In this document: in pieces, positions 56,092-64,000 of the stretch | How positions within the stretch are numbered: the first letter of the stretch is position 1 | How the letters are laid out: every line of letters begins with the position of its first letter | From: an uncultured Rhodothermaceae bacterium | GTDB lineage: Bacteria; Bacteroidota; Rhodothermia; Rhodothermales; JAHQVL01 | Assembly (NCBI GenBank): GCA_964525535.1 | Contig: CAZGHT010000015.1 | Coordinates: 15,140 to 79,139 of the forward strand | Reading direction: 5' to 3' | DNA: 64,000 nucleotides | The notes under the pieces: generated by a model | Told to the model about the DNA's origin: nothing | Databases searched by the model: none | What the model saw: the letters and a program-made list of their open reading frames with translations, nothing else | Program-made: the position numbers and the translations under genes

Positions 56092-58220
56092 CTATGGGTC
56101 CCGTAAAAGTTGGCATGTCGTTCGGCCATTTCTTTGAGGCGGCCCGCAGGGGTAAATCGAGGACCGTATGTTTCCACAAGGTCCTCCATGATTGCGACCA
56201 TGTTGCCGGCACCCTTTTGATCGATGTATCTAAATGGCCCTCCCGTAAAAGGCAAAAAGCCGAGCCCCATAACGGCGCCCAGGTCCCCATCTTCCGGACC
56301 TTCGATAATCCGTTCGTCGAGGCAGAGCACCGCTTCGTTGAGCATGAGCGTCAGCCCTCTGCGCTGAATCGAGTCTTTCGAAAGATCGATGCGACGGCGG
56401 GCGCCAAAAAAAGCGTATGCACTCGTGTCAGGCGCTATTCGCTTCCCCCTTTTTTCGTCGTAGCGATAGAACCCTGTTGCGTTCTTCTTTCCCAGCCGGC
56501 CGGCCTCGACCATCTGCACGACTCCGTAATGCACCTCGAACCCGGGCCGGCCTCGTACAATTTCTTCGCTGCTCTTTACCGCGTGCGCGGCAACGTCCAG
56601 CCCTACCTGATCGAACAGTGTCAGCGGACCCACCGGGAATCCCAGTTTCACGAATGCATCATCGATATCTTCTATACGCCCCCCTTCTTCGACCATCAAC
56701 AGGGCTTCGTTCATATAGGGAGCGAGAATCCGATTCACATAGAAGCCCGGGCTATCGCGCACTAGGATGCATGTTTTTCCCTGCTGAATCCCCACATTAT
56801 AACACGTTTCGATGACCCGTTGGGATGTATGTTTTGTACGAATGACTTCGAGCAAGGGCATCCTGGATACCGGCGAAAAATAATGCATACCCACGACCTG
56901 GCCTGGATGACGTGCATGATCGGCCATTTCTGTGATCGACAGTGAAGACGTATTGGACGCTATTATGGCGTTATCCGGGAGGTATTTCTGCATCTCGTCG
57001 ATCAGGCTCTTCTTCACTTCTATATCCTCCACGACAGCTTCGATGACCAGATCGAGATGCCCGAACGCTTCGTAGTCGAGTTGGCCCTGCAGCCGGCCTG
57101 CGATCTGCTCTGCGTCTACGCCCGAGAGAGCCCTATATCGGACCTTCTTCTCGAGCGCCTTCCAGACCTGTTTTCTAGCGCTTGCGATACGCGCTTCGTC
57201 TATGTCTTTTATGAGGACGTCGTATCCTTTCAGTAGACTTATTTCAGCAATTCCAGCCCCCATGAAGCCGGCGCCGACCACACCGATCTTCCGGATTGAG
57301 TCTCCTTTTCCCGCGTATCTCTTTTTCTGCTCTGTGCTCATGAAGAACAGGGCGCGCAGGGATTTACTCTCATCCGTCAGCATCAACGTCTCGAACCACT
57401 CGAGCTCCTTTCCAAAACCCGCCTGAATGCCTTTCCGATACCCCGTCTGGACGCAGTCCAGGATGGCAGGAATGGCCGGATAGTTACCCTGCGATTTTTT
57501 CAGCGCCCTTTTGCGCGCCTGTCCGAACAGCAGAGCACGCCCGGCAGAAGTCCCTTCCAGCAATCGATTCCTCAGGGATTGCGCCCTCTTTTTCCTGCGG
57601 CTTCCGTTCTTCAACAGGCGTGTTGCCTCGCGCAGGGCCGCCTGCAGAAGTTTGTGTTCGTGGACGAGGTCGTCGACCAGCCCCCATTTTTTTGCCTGAA
57701 AGGCATAGATATTTCTTCCCGTGAGCATCATATCCAGCGCTCGCTGGATGCCTATGCGGCGCGGCAACCGTTGCGTCCCTCCGCCTCCTGGGAGTAGGCC
57801 GAGTTGAACTTCGGGCAGGGCAAACCGCGTCGTAGCGTCATCAGAGGCGATGCGTTTATGGCAGGCGAGAGCGAGTTCCGTGCCCAGCCCCAAACAGGCG
57901 CCATGGATAGCGGCAACTACGGGCTTCTCAGAGTGCTGCAGCCGATCGAGCGTTCGATGGCCCAGCTCTTGAAACGGGCGAAAATCTCCTTTCTGTTCAA
58001 TCTCAAACGATCTGATATCGGCCCCGGCGATGAAGTTCTTTTTCCTGCTGATCAACACGGCCGCTTTCAGGGCTTCGTCGTTTTCGAAATCGGCAAAGGC
58101 GGTGTCCAGAAGCTCTATGATCGGGGGGGATACGATGTTTTCCGGCTCCGCCTGGTGATCGAGCCACAGGATCGCTATTCCCTCTCTATTTTCGACTGAT
58201 AAGAACTCCTTCGTGCGCAT
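56088..58220 (-). CDS. fadJ: Bifunctional enoyl-CoA hydratase / 3-hydroxyacyl-CoA dehydrogenase (FadJ/FadB type, 710 aa)
   Basis: Crotonase N-terminal half (..FIAGADI.., ..AAIHGACLGLGTELALAC..), NAD-binding IGVVGAGFMGAGIA, and a 3HCDH C-terminal part. Confidence 0.9.
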   Translation of the reverse strand: MRTKEFLSVENREGIAILWLDHQAEPENIVSPPIIELLDTAFADFENDEALKAAVLISRKKNFIAGADIRSFEIEQKGDFRPFQELGHRTLDRLQHSEKPVVAAIHGACLGLGTELALACHKRIASDDATTRFALPEVQLGLLPGGGGTQRLPRRIGIQRALDMMLTGRNIYAFQAKKWGLVDDLVHEHKLLQAALREATRLLKNGSRRKKRAQSLRNRLLEGTSAGRALLFGQARKRALKKSQGNYPAIPAILDCVQTGYRKGIQAGFGKELEWFETLMLTDESKSLRALFFMSTEQKKRYAGKGDSIRKIGVVGAGFMGAGIAEISLLKGYDVLIKDIDEARIASARKQVWKALEKKVRYRALSGVDAEQIAGRLQGQLDYEAFGHLDLVIEAVVEDIEVKKSLIDEMQKYLPDNAIIASNTSSLSITEMADHARHPGQVVGMHYFSPVSRMPLLEVIRTKHTSQRVIETCYNVGIQQGKTCILVRDSPGFYVNRILAPYMNEALLMVEEGGRIEDIDDAFVKLGFPVGPLTLFDQVGLDVAAHAVKSSEEIVRGRPGFEVHYGVVQMVEAGRLGKKNATGFYRYDEKRGKRIAPDTSAYAFFGARRRIDLSKDSIQRRGLTLMLNEAVLCLDERIIEGPEDGDLGAVMGLGFLPFTGGPFRYIDQKGAGNMVAIMEDLVETYGPRFTPAGRLKEMAERHANFYGTHR

Positions 58221-58245
58221 CGATAACCGTCTGTGACCGGGAGGT

Positions 58246-59544
58246 TTAATGATCGTATCGCTTGATAATCATGGCGTGGCCTTGAGCGCCTGCTGCACAG
58301 GACGCCAACAGGCCGTACACGCCGCCCTCGTGTTTCAACCTGTTAGCGGTGGTGGTTAGAATACGAGCTCCGGTAGCGCCAAAGGGGTGTCCGATGGATA
58401 AAGATCCCCCCCACCGGTTCAAACGATCCATATCGATCTGACCCACTGCTTTTTCTCGATCGAGATATTGACGGGCAAAGGCATCGGAAGCCAGTGCGCG
58501 AATGTTGGCCAGGACCTGGCCCGCAAATGCTTCGTGAAACTCGATGACGCCGAAGTCGGACAGGCCCATCTGGCAGCGATCGAGGAGGGCTGAAATAGCA
58601 TACGCCGGCCCCAACAGCAACGCGTTGTCGACATCCTGGCCGGTGAACACGTAATCGACGATCTCTGCTCTGGGCTCCATTCCCAGTTCGAGCGCTTTTT
58701 CCTCGCTCATGAGCAAGGTGGCCGCTGCGCCATCGGTCAAGAACGAAGAATTCCCTGCAGTCAACGTACCGTACTTGCGGTCGAAAACGGGACGAAGGCG
58801 GCTTACTTTTTCGAGGCTGGTATCGGCGCGTACGCCGTTATCTCGTCGAATCGTTTCAAACGAGGGAGCCAGCGAGACCTCTTCGATCTCGTCCTCGAGA
58901 TGGCCGGCCTCGAATGCAGCATGGGCCAGGTGGTGGGATCGAACCGCATATTCGTCCTGTTCTTCTCGGCTGACCTGGAAGCGGGCCGCCATGATATCAC
59001 AGTCTTCCCCCATCACTCTACCGGTGCTGTACTCCGCGACTTCCGGCCGCTCCGGCAAAAAATCAGCCGGCCGTAACGAAAAGGCGAATCGGATGTAATC
59101 GCCAATGCCCCTGAGTTTTTGAGCCCGGAATAGCTTTTTTCTCATCGCTTTCCGAAACTGTACAGGGGCATCGGATACGCTATCCACTCCACCCGCAACA
59201 ATCGCATCTGCCCGGCCGGATGCGATTTCCAGATAAGCGTCGGATATCGCCCGGTTCGCCGAAATACACGCCTGTGAAACCGTCCGGCATGGCGTTTTCG
59301 CCGGCACATCGGCCATCAGAGAAGACTCACGCGCTACATTGGGAGTCTTGATATTGGATATGACGGTACCCATGATGACGTGATCGATCAACGCCGGATC
59401 GACGTTCGTTTTGTTCAGCAGGCCCCGAATGGCGAAATGCCCCAGCTGGTAGGACATCAAGTCCAGGTAGGACGTGCCCGCACGCATAAATGGCGTACGG
59501 CGTCCTTCGATGAGAACCACCTTGCGCGGCTGAACTTTCATCAT
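58246..59544 (-). CDS. fadI: Acetyl-CoA C-acyltransferase (thiolase, FadI-like long form)
   Basis: Active-site Cys region VSQACISANRAI. C-terminal motifs NRWGGSLSIGHPFGATGAR and CAAGAQG. It lies upstream of the fadJ-like gene, as in fadIJ. The ATG at 59544 immediately follows the TTG used by the track. Confidence 0.88.
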   Translation of the reverse strand: MMKVQPRKVVLIEGRRTPFMRAGTSYLDLMSYQLGHFAIRGLLNKTNVDPALIDHVIMGTVISNIKTPNVARESSLMADVPAKTPCRTVSQACISANRAISDAYLEIASGRADAIVAGGVDSVSDAPVQFRKAMRKKLFRAQKLRGIGDYIRFAFSLRPADFLPERPEVAEYSTGRVMGEDCDIMAARFQVSREEQDEYAVRSHHLAHAAFEAGHLEDEIEEVSLAPSFETIRRDNGVRADTSLEKVSRLRPVFDRKYGTLTAGNSSFLTDGAAATLLMSEEKALELGMEPRAEIVDYVFTGQDVDNALLLGPAYAISALLDRCQMGLSDFGVIEFHEAFAGQVLANIRALASDAFARQYLDREKAVGQIDMDRLNRWGGSLSIGHPFGATGARILTTTANRLKHEGGVYGLLASCAAGAQGHAMIIKRYDH

Positions 59545-59594
59545 CAATCGTGCCTGCTCGTGTCAGAGTATCGGTGGGAATATACGAGCTTCGA

Positions 59595-59621
59595 CAAAAA
59601 ATAGCAGGTAACGCAGCTGCC
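59595..59621 (-). terminator. Weak candidate terminator after the response-regulator gene
   Basis: The minus strand reads GGCAGctgcgttacCTGCT followed by ATTTTTTG. The stem is only 4-5 bp. Confidence 0.3.
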
Positions 59622-59626
59622 AACCG

Positions 59627-60478
59627 TTACTTCTTCAAGTCGACCATGAGCCGCTCTTTCAGCAACTTGGAGCGTTCGCGGCTGGCGATCACTTCATGGC
59701 CTCCGGCCAGTATCAGTTTGTACCTGCCGCTGAACCAGGGGATCATCTCGCTGATCTGATCGATCTGGACGATGGCCGACCGATGAACGCGCATGAATGA
59801 ATCCGGATTCAGGTGTTCTTCGAGCTGCTCCAGCGTGTAGTTTACGATATGCTGGCGGATGCGCGATTTAGCGGCGTCTGAAGGTTCGGACAGGATACAC
59901 AGTCGGGTAATACCATCGTTAATCTCAGCGGCTACCAGGCGATCCACGGGAATAACGAGGATGCGGTCCCTGTACGGGATCGATACCTGGCGCATATATT
60001 TTCCATCGGCGCCGTGTGTATCCCTTTCGGAAGGATCTTCATCCGATCGCATATCCAGCCACGCGAGCAACTTGTTCATCCTCGCATCCTCATCCGGCCC
60101 TTTATCGGCCTTTTTCAACCGTTCTGCCCGGGCTACAGACTCGACAAGTCGCTTTTTCTTTATCGGTTTCAGCAGGTAGTCGACGGCACTGGCTTCGAAG
60201 GCTTTCAGGGCATAACTATCGTAGGCCGTAATGAACACAACGATGGGTTTCGTTTCCACATCCATACGTTTGAGGACTTCGAAACCATCGACTTCCGGCA
60301 TGCGGATATCCAGAAAGAGCAGGTCCACAGGATGGTCTTTGAGGAAGTCCAGTGTTTCTACACCGTCACCCGCTTCTCCGACCACAACGATGCGCTCGTC
60401 CGTTTCAAGCGGTTTCAGCATTTTTCTCAGACGAGAACGAGCCGGAGGTTCATCGTCAGCTATCAGTATTCGGAGCAT
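59627..60478 (-). CDS. LytTR-family response regulator (REC + LytTR DNA-binding domain)
   Basis: MLRILIADDEPPARSRL.., DLLFLDIRMPEVDGFEV, ITAYDSYALKAFE. LytTR domain: ..FMRVHRSAIVQIDQISEMIPWFSGRYKLIL... I chose the ATG at 60478, which leaves 25 nt after the kinase stop. The track ORF extends to 60556, inside the kinase gene. Confidence 0.9.
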   Translation of the reverse strand: MLRILIADDEPPARSRLRKMLKPLETDERIVVVGEAGDGVETLDFLKDHPVDLLFLDIRMPEVDGFEVLKRMDVETKPIVVFITAYDSYALKAFEASAVDYLLKPIKKKRLVESVARAERLKKADKGPDEDARMNKLLAWLDMRSDEDPSERDTHGADGKYMRQVSIPYRDRILVIPVDRLVAAEINDGITRLCILSEPSDAAKSRIRQHIVNYTLEQLEEHLNPDSFMRVHRSAIVQIDQISEMIPWFSGRYKLILAGGHEVIASRERSKLLKERLMVDLKK

Positions 60479-60503
60479 AGTAGGTACGAATAACGTTAAT
60501 GGG

Positions 60504-63050
60504 TCAGTGACCGTCGAGTGGCTCTGTTGCGTATGCATCAGGGTATTCCTCTGCATGAACCGTTTTCGGGAACACGATCCGCACCTCTGTACCCTGACCG
60601 GGACTACTCTCGATATTCAACAGGTCGATGCGTTGATACAGCTTCTCCATGCGTGTGGCGATGTTACGAAGCCCGATCCCATAAAAGCTGTGATCCTTCT
60701 CACCATCGAATAGATTCGGGATCCCGATCCCGGAATCCCAAACGCATACCTCGATTTCGTCTTCAGAGAGGGGTCGACAGAGGATCTTGAGTTCACCCAC
60801 TCCCCTTTTCTTTTCGATACCGTGCTTTATAGCGTTTTCGACCAACGTTTGAATGGCAAAAGCCGGTACGGGGTGTAGCCTGATGTCTGGGGCGATCGAT
60901 TGCTCTAGTTCGAGCTTTGCACCAAATCGTGCTTTTTCGATACACAAATAATGATTTACGAGTTCCATTTCTTCATCTAGAGAGACAAAAGTGCGGCTTC
61001 CCGTTTGCAGGATGTGCCGGAAGATCGAAGCGAGGTGGTGGACCACTTCCTCGGCCTCGTCGGGACCTTCCTCAATCAGGGCAATGATGGTGTTAAGCGC
61101 ATTGAAGAGAAAATGGGGGTTTATCTGGGCACGCAAGGCTTTGAGCTCTGCTTCTGCGCTGACTTTGATCAGTGTTTTTTCACGTTCTACCAGCAACAGG
61201 CGTTCTACCGCGAGGACGAGCTGGCCGCTTACGGCACGCAGCACTTCTATATCTCCGATGTTGAACGTAGCCCGTCTTCGCTTTTTAGGGCCAAAGGCGA
61301 GCAAGGCCACCATGTAGTCCTCTGCCAGGATGGGTACGGCCAGAACCACGCCTCGTTCTCGTAGGGTCTCAGATACCTCGAACAACACATCGCTTTCGTT
61401 GAGTTCTGGAATCGCCGACCAGATGCGTCCGTCCTCGGCCAGCGGATCCCAGACTTTAGATGCGACGCGTTCTGTCAGATAAGGAGGCCGGGGGTGATAG
61501 GCCCCTGTTATCCACGAAGAGGCCTTGCTCGACGGGCGGACAAAAAACATCAGGGACTGTACCTTAAAGGCCTCACCCAGAACCTGCGCCGTCCGCTGGG
61601 TCAGTTCGGTGAGTTGAACAAACTGCCCCATCTGGCCCTGGAATCGGTTTAACTGCTGCCTCAAGATCTGCCGTTCGGTCACGAACAGACGCTCGGAGTA
61701 GATCCGCATTCGCCGGCCGATCCGTTCGAAAACAAGGAGCATGACCACGACAAAAAAACCGGCGAGGAGCTTCTTTGAGACAAAAAAGCCGGGTATGTAT
61801 CGCTCGAGGATCTCAAGGCCGCCGATGAAGGCAAAAAAGATCAATCCCAGGATGGTCAGGTACGCCAGAGCGCGAGTAAGCACCTGATCCATCTTACCCT
61901 GACGCAGGGTAGCAAACGAAACCAGCATGATAGGGGCGAGAGAGAGCAGTTGTGCGCTAACGACCAGCCATCCTGCCGTTATATCGGGCACGGGCCCGAA
62001 GAGGGGCAGCACCCCTCTCACCAACAGAGCCATCAAGAATGCAACCAGAAGAGTCACAGCGCTACCCGTGCGATTCCATCCACCGACCTGCTCTTCGGCT
62101 TCGGCCGGATGGATCACATAGAGCGTGAAGACCAGCGCCGCTGCGACGGCCACGTAACAGCATGCATAAAACAGGATGGGCGCAATAAGCCGCTGGAGGG
62201 TAAATGGCCCCATACCGCCTTCGAACGCGCACATGGTTGCTATCGCTCCCAGTATGAGAACAGGCAGGTATATGATATATCGTATCCGGCCCAGGCGCCC
62301 CATACCGACGAGATGGGTGTCGTCCAGTACCTTTCTCAGCAATAGCGCAGGAAAACCGATCCAGCCGGCGACGCTGATGAATGTCAGACCATGAAAAAGA
62401 GTGGCATACAGGGAGCCAGGGTCCCCCGGGGGCGCAACCCCTTCGACAAGCAACAGACGGGTCCAATTCCCGAAGATCCACAACGACGACGCAATGATGA
62501 GGAGCAGCGAGTACCGCGCTCGTCTCGAACCCCGGCTTCTAACAGCCACCGGGACGATGATCAGGAGGCCCAACACATGAAAAAATGCGGCTATCGTAAA
62601 GCTCCAGACCGAAAAACGCCATAGGGACTCCGACAACGGATATAGAAAGGTCGGATATCGGGTTGCAGAGACGCGAATAGAAATCGCATCGTGGGCTTCC
62701 CCCCTCAGTACAACAAAGTCGTGAACGCTTCCGGGCTCTAATCCGTCGATCGCTTCCCGCAATTGTTCGGCATTGAAATATTGTTGCTCATCCAGGGAAA
62801 AAAAAACATCCCCCTCTCTGAGGCCTGCTTCGCTCGCCGGCCCTGTCGGCAACACGTAAGCCGCCTCGATCAGCCCGCCATCGTCTTGCCAGAACACCCA
62901 GTCAAAGCCTCGCTCCGACACGTTGAAAGTGCCAGTGGGTACCATCCGAGAGAACTCGACCCACTCCAGAACGACCTGGCCGATAGGTTGAAGCACGACG
63001 AACGGCAACACAATCACAATTACAGGAGCTATTTGTATAAAACGCTTCAT
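60504..63050 (-). CDS. LytS-type sensor histidine kinase with an N-terminal PDZ domain, about 8-9 TM segments, a GAF-like domain, and His_kinase (PF06580-type) plus HATPase_c domains
   Basis: PDZ-like: VLPTGPASEAGLREGDVFFSLDEQ. LytS-type phosphoacceptor box: LRAQINPHFLFNALNTI. ATPase: NAIKHG..., DSGIGI, YGIGLRNIATRMEKLY. I chose the ATG at 63050 (MKRFIQIAPVIVIVL). The track starts at a TTG at 63101. Confidence 0.88.
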   Translation of the reverse strand: MKRFIQIAPVIVIVLPFVVLQPIGQVVLEWVEFSRMVPTGTFNVSERGFDWVFWQDDGGLIEAAYVLPTGPASEAGLREGDVFFSLDEQQYFNAEQLREAIDGLEPGSVHDFVVLRGEAHDAISIRVSATRYPTFLYPLSESLWRFSVWSFTIAAFFHVLGLLIIVPVAVRSRGSRRARYSLLLIIASSLWIFGNWTRLLLVEGVAPPGDPGSLYATLFHGLTFISVAGWIGFPALLLRKVLDDTHLVGMGRLGRIRYIIYLPVLILGAIATMCAFEGGMGPFTLQRLIAPILFYACCYVAVAAALVFTLYVIHPAEAEEQVGGWNRTGSAVTLLVAFLMALLVRGVLPLFGPVPDITAGWLVVSAQLLSLAPIMLVSFATLRQGKMDQVLTRALAYLTILGLIFFAFIGGLEILERYIPGFFVSKKLLAGFFVVVMLLVFERIGRRMRIYSERLFVTERQILRQQLNRFQGQMGQFVQLTELTQRTAQVLGEAFKVQSLMFFVRPSSKASSWITGAYHPRPPYLTERVASKVWDPLAEDGRIWSAIPELNESDVLFEVSETLRERGVVLAVPILAEDYMVALLAFGPKKRRRATFNIGDIEVLRAVSGQLVLAVERLLLVEREKTLIKVSAEAELKALRAQINPHFLFNALNTIIALIEEGPDEAEEVVHHLASIFRHILQTGSRTFVSLDEEMELVNHYLCIEKARFGAKLELEQSIAPDIRLHPVPAFAIQTLVENAIKHGIEKKRGVGELKILCRPLSEDEIEVCVWDSGIGIPNLFDGEKDHSFYGIGLRNIATRMEKLYQRIDLLNIESSPGQGTEVRIVFPKTVHAEEYPDAYATEPLDGH

Positions 63051-63328
63051 TCCATTACGTCTAGAGATCGCGCCGTTTACGTTTTGCCACGATTGCCTCA
63101 ATACTCCTTGCAGTACTTCTCCTTACAATAATACTCATCGCAACAATAGCTTCTGTATTAGCTCCTGTGGCGACGCCGTACGGGCAGGTATACTATCCTA
63201 CACGTATAGTATTCACCTACTCGTAGTACATGCCTGACCGGACTCGGTTCAATCGTGGAAACTCCAGAGGCTGTTGAGGATACAGCTCTCACAAAAACCT
63301 TACGCTTTTACCCTTACAATTCCAAAAA

Positions 63329-64000
63329 ATGCCTCAACTCATCGATACACACGCCCATATTTACGTGAATCGATTCGATTCGGATCGAGCCGACATGATT
63401 CAGCGAGCACGCGATGTGGGTGTTCGATCGATCGTGATGCCCGCCATTGACGTCAAATCGGTCTATCAAGCCATCGATTTGTGCAGGCAACATGAGAATC
63501 TCTATGCCATGGCCGCTCTGCATCCCAGCGAAACCCGGGAAGCTGGGGATTCCGACTTCGAGGAGATCAAGTCGCTTTGCGACGATCCGCACGTCGTAGC
63601 CGTCGGCGAGAGTGGGTTAGATTATTACTGGGATCGCACTTTCGACTCGAAACAACAAGAATTATTCCGCCTCCACATTCAACTGGCAATGCGCACCGAC
63701 CTGCCCCTCATCATCCACATGCGGGACAAGCAGGGGCGTGACGAGGTTCACGTCGATCTGGTAGAGATCATCAAAGAAGAAAAGCGATCCAGCCCGCAAT
63801 CAGATCGACTGAGAGGGATATTTCATTGTTTCGGGGGGCCGGAATGGCTGGCTCATGAAGCCTTCGCATTGAATTTCGTTCTGGGAATTGGTGGAACCGT
63901 CACATTCAAAAACAGCGGTGTGGCCGATCTGGTAGAGCGCATCCCCCTGGACCGTCTCGTCCTGGAAACCGACGCGCCCTACCTGGCGCCTGTACCCTTC
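63329..64000 (+). CDS. tatD: TatD-family metal-dependent hydrolase (3' end beyond the window)
   Basis: My own translation: MPQLIDTHAHIYVNRF..., AVGESGLDYYW, LPLIIHMRD, GIFHCFGG, LVLETDAPYLAPVPF. The frame is open to position 64000. It is not in the ORF track because no stop lies in the window. Confidence 0.88.
   Translation, partial: MPQLIDTHAHIYVNRFDSDRADMIQRARDVGVRSIVMPAIDVKSVYQAIDLCRQHENLYAMAALHPSETREAGDSDFEEIKSLCDDPHVVAVGESGLDYYWDRTFDSKQQELFRLHIQLAMRTDLPLIIHMRDKQGRDEVHVDLVEIIKEEKRSSPQSDRLRGIFHCFGGPEWLAHEAFALNFVLGIGGTVTFKNSGVADLVERIPLDRLVLETDAPYLAPVPF

Overview
This 64-kb chromosomal segment looks like an FCB-group bacterium (Bacteroidota/Rhodothermota-like). Four secreted proteins carry T9SS type-A sorting tails (..NYPNPFNP..), the DksA/TraR homologue is the Cys-less form, and ileS-dksA-lspA are linked. 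Gene content is mostly housekeeping:
- ileS, dksA-like, lspA, lepA and two tandem lepB genes
- pntAA/pntAB/pntB, serC and a DUF1015 gene
- fadI/fadJ-like beta-oxidation genes followed by tauE
- a yggS, divIVA and PNP-like division-cluster tail
- the tesA / ybbA / ybbP-like module
- maf, sixA, an orphan parA, an arginase-family gene, an NSS transporter and a penicillin-acylase-family gene
- a LytS/LytTR two-component pair, an initiator tRNA-Met and a partial tatD

Two genes run off the window edges and are missing from the ORF track. I translated both by hand: 1-2534 on the minus strand and 63329-64000 on the plus strand.

I found no self-contained new protein-coding system. There are no defence, toxin, reverse-transcriptase, nuclease or transposase genes. 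The structure that genes do not explain is non-coding:
- A family of 95-135-bp palindromic interspersed repeats has seven copies at five intergenic loci. Four copy termini lie 6-30 nt from start codons.
- A perfect nested tandem repeat, 2 x 74 bp with each unit holding 3 x 14-bp TTGACA-containing iterons, abuts a remnant of that family.

Protein-level oddities:
- an uncharacterised ~290-aa module shared by two T9SS cargo proteins
- a PNP homologue with apparently all catalytic positions replaced
- a PDZ/multi-TM/GAF LytS-type kinase

All domain calls come from motif recognition by eye. No database search was run.
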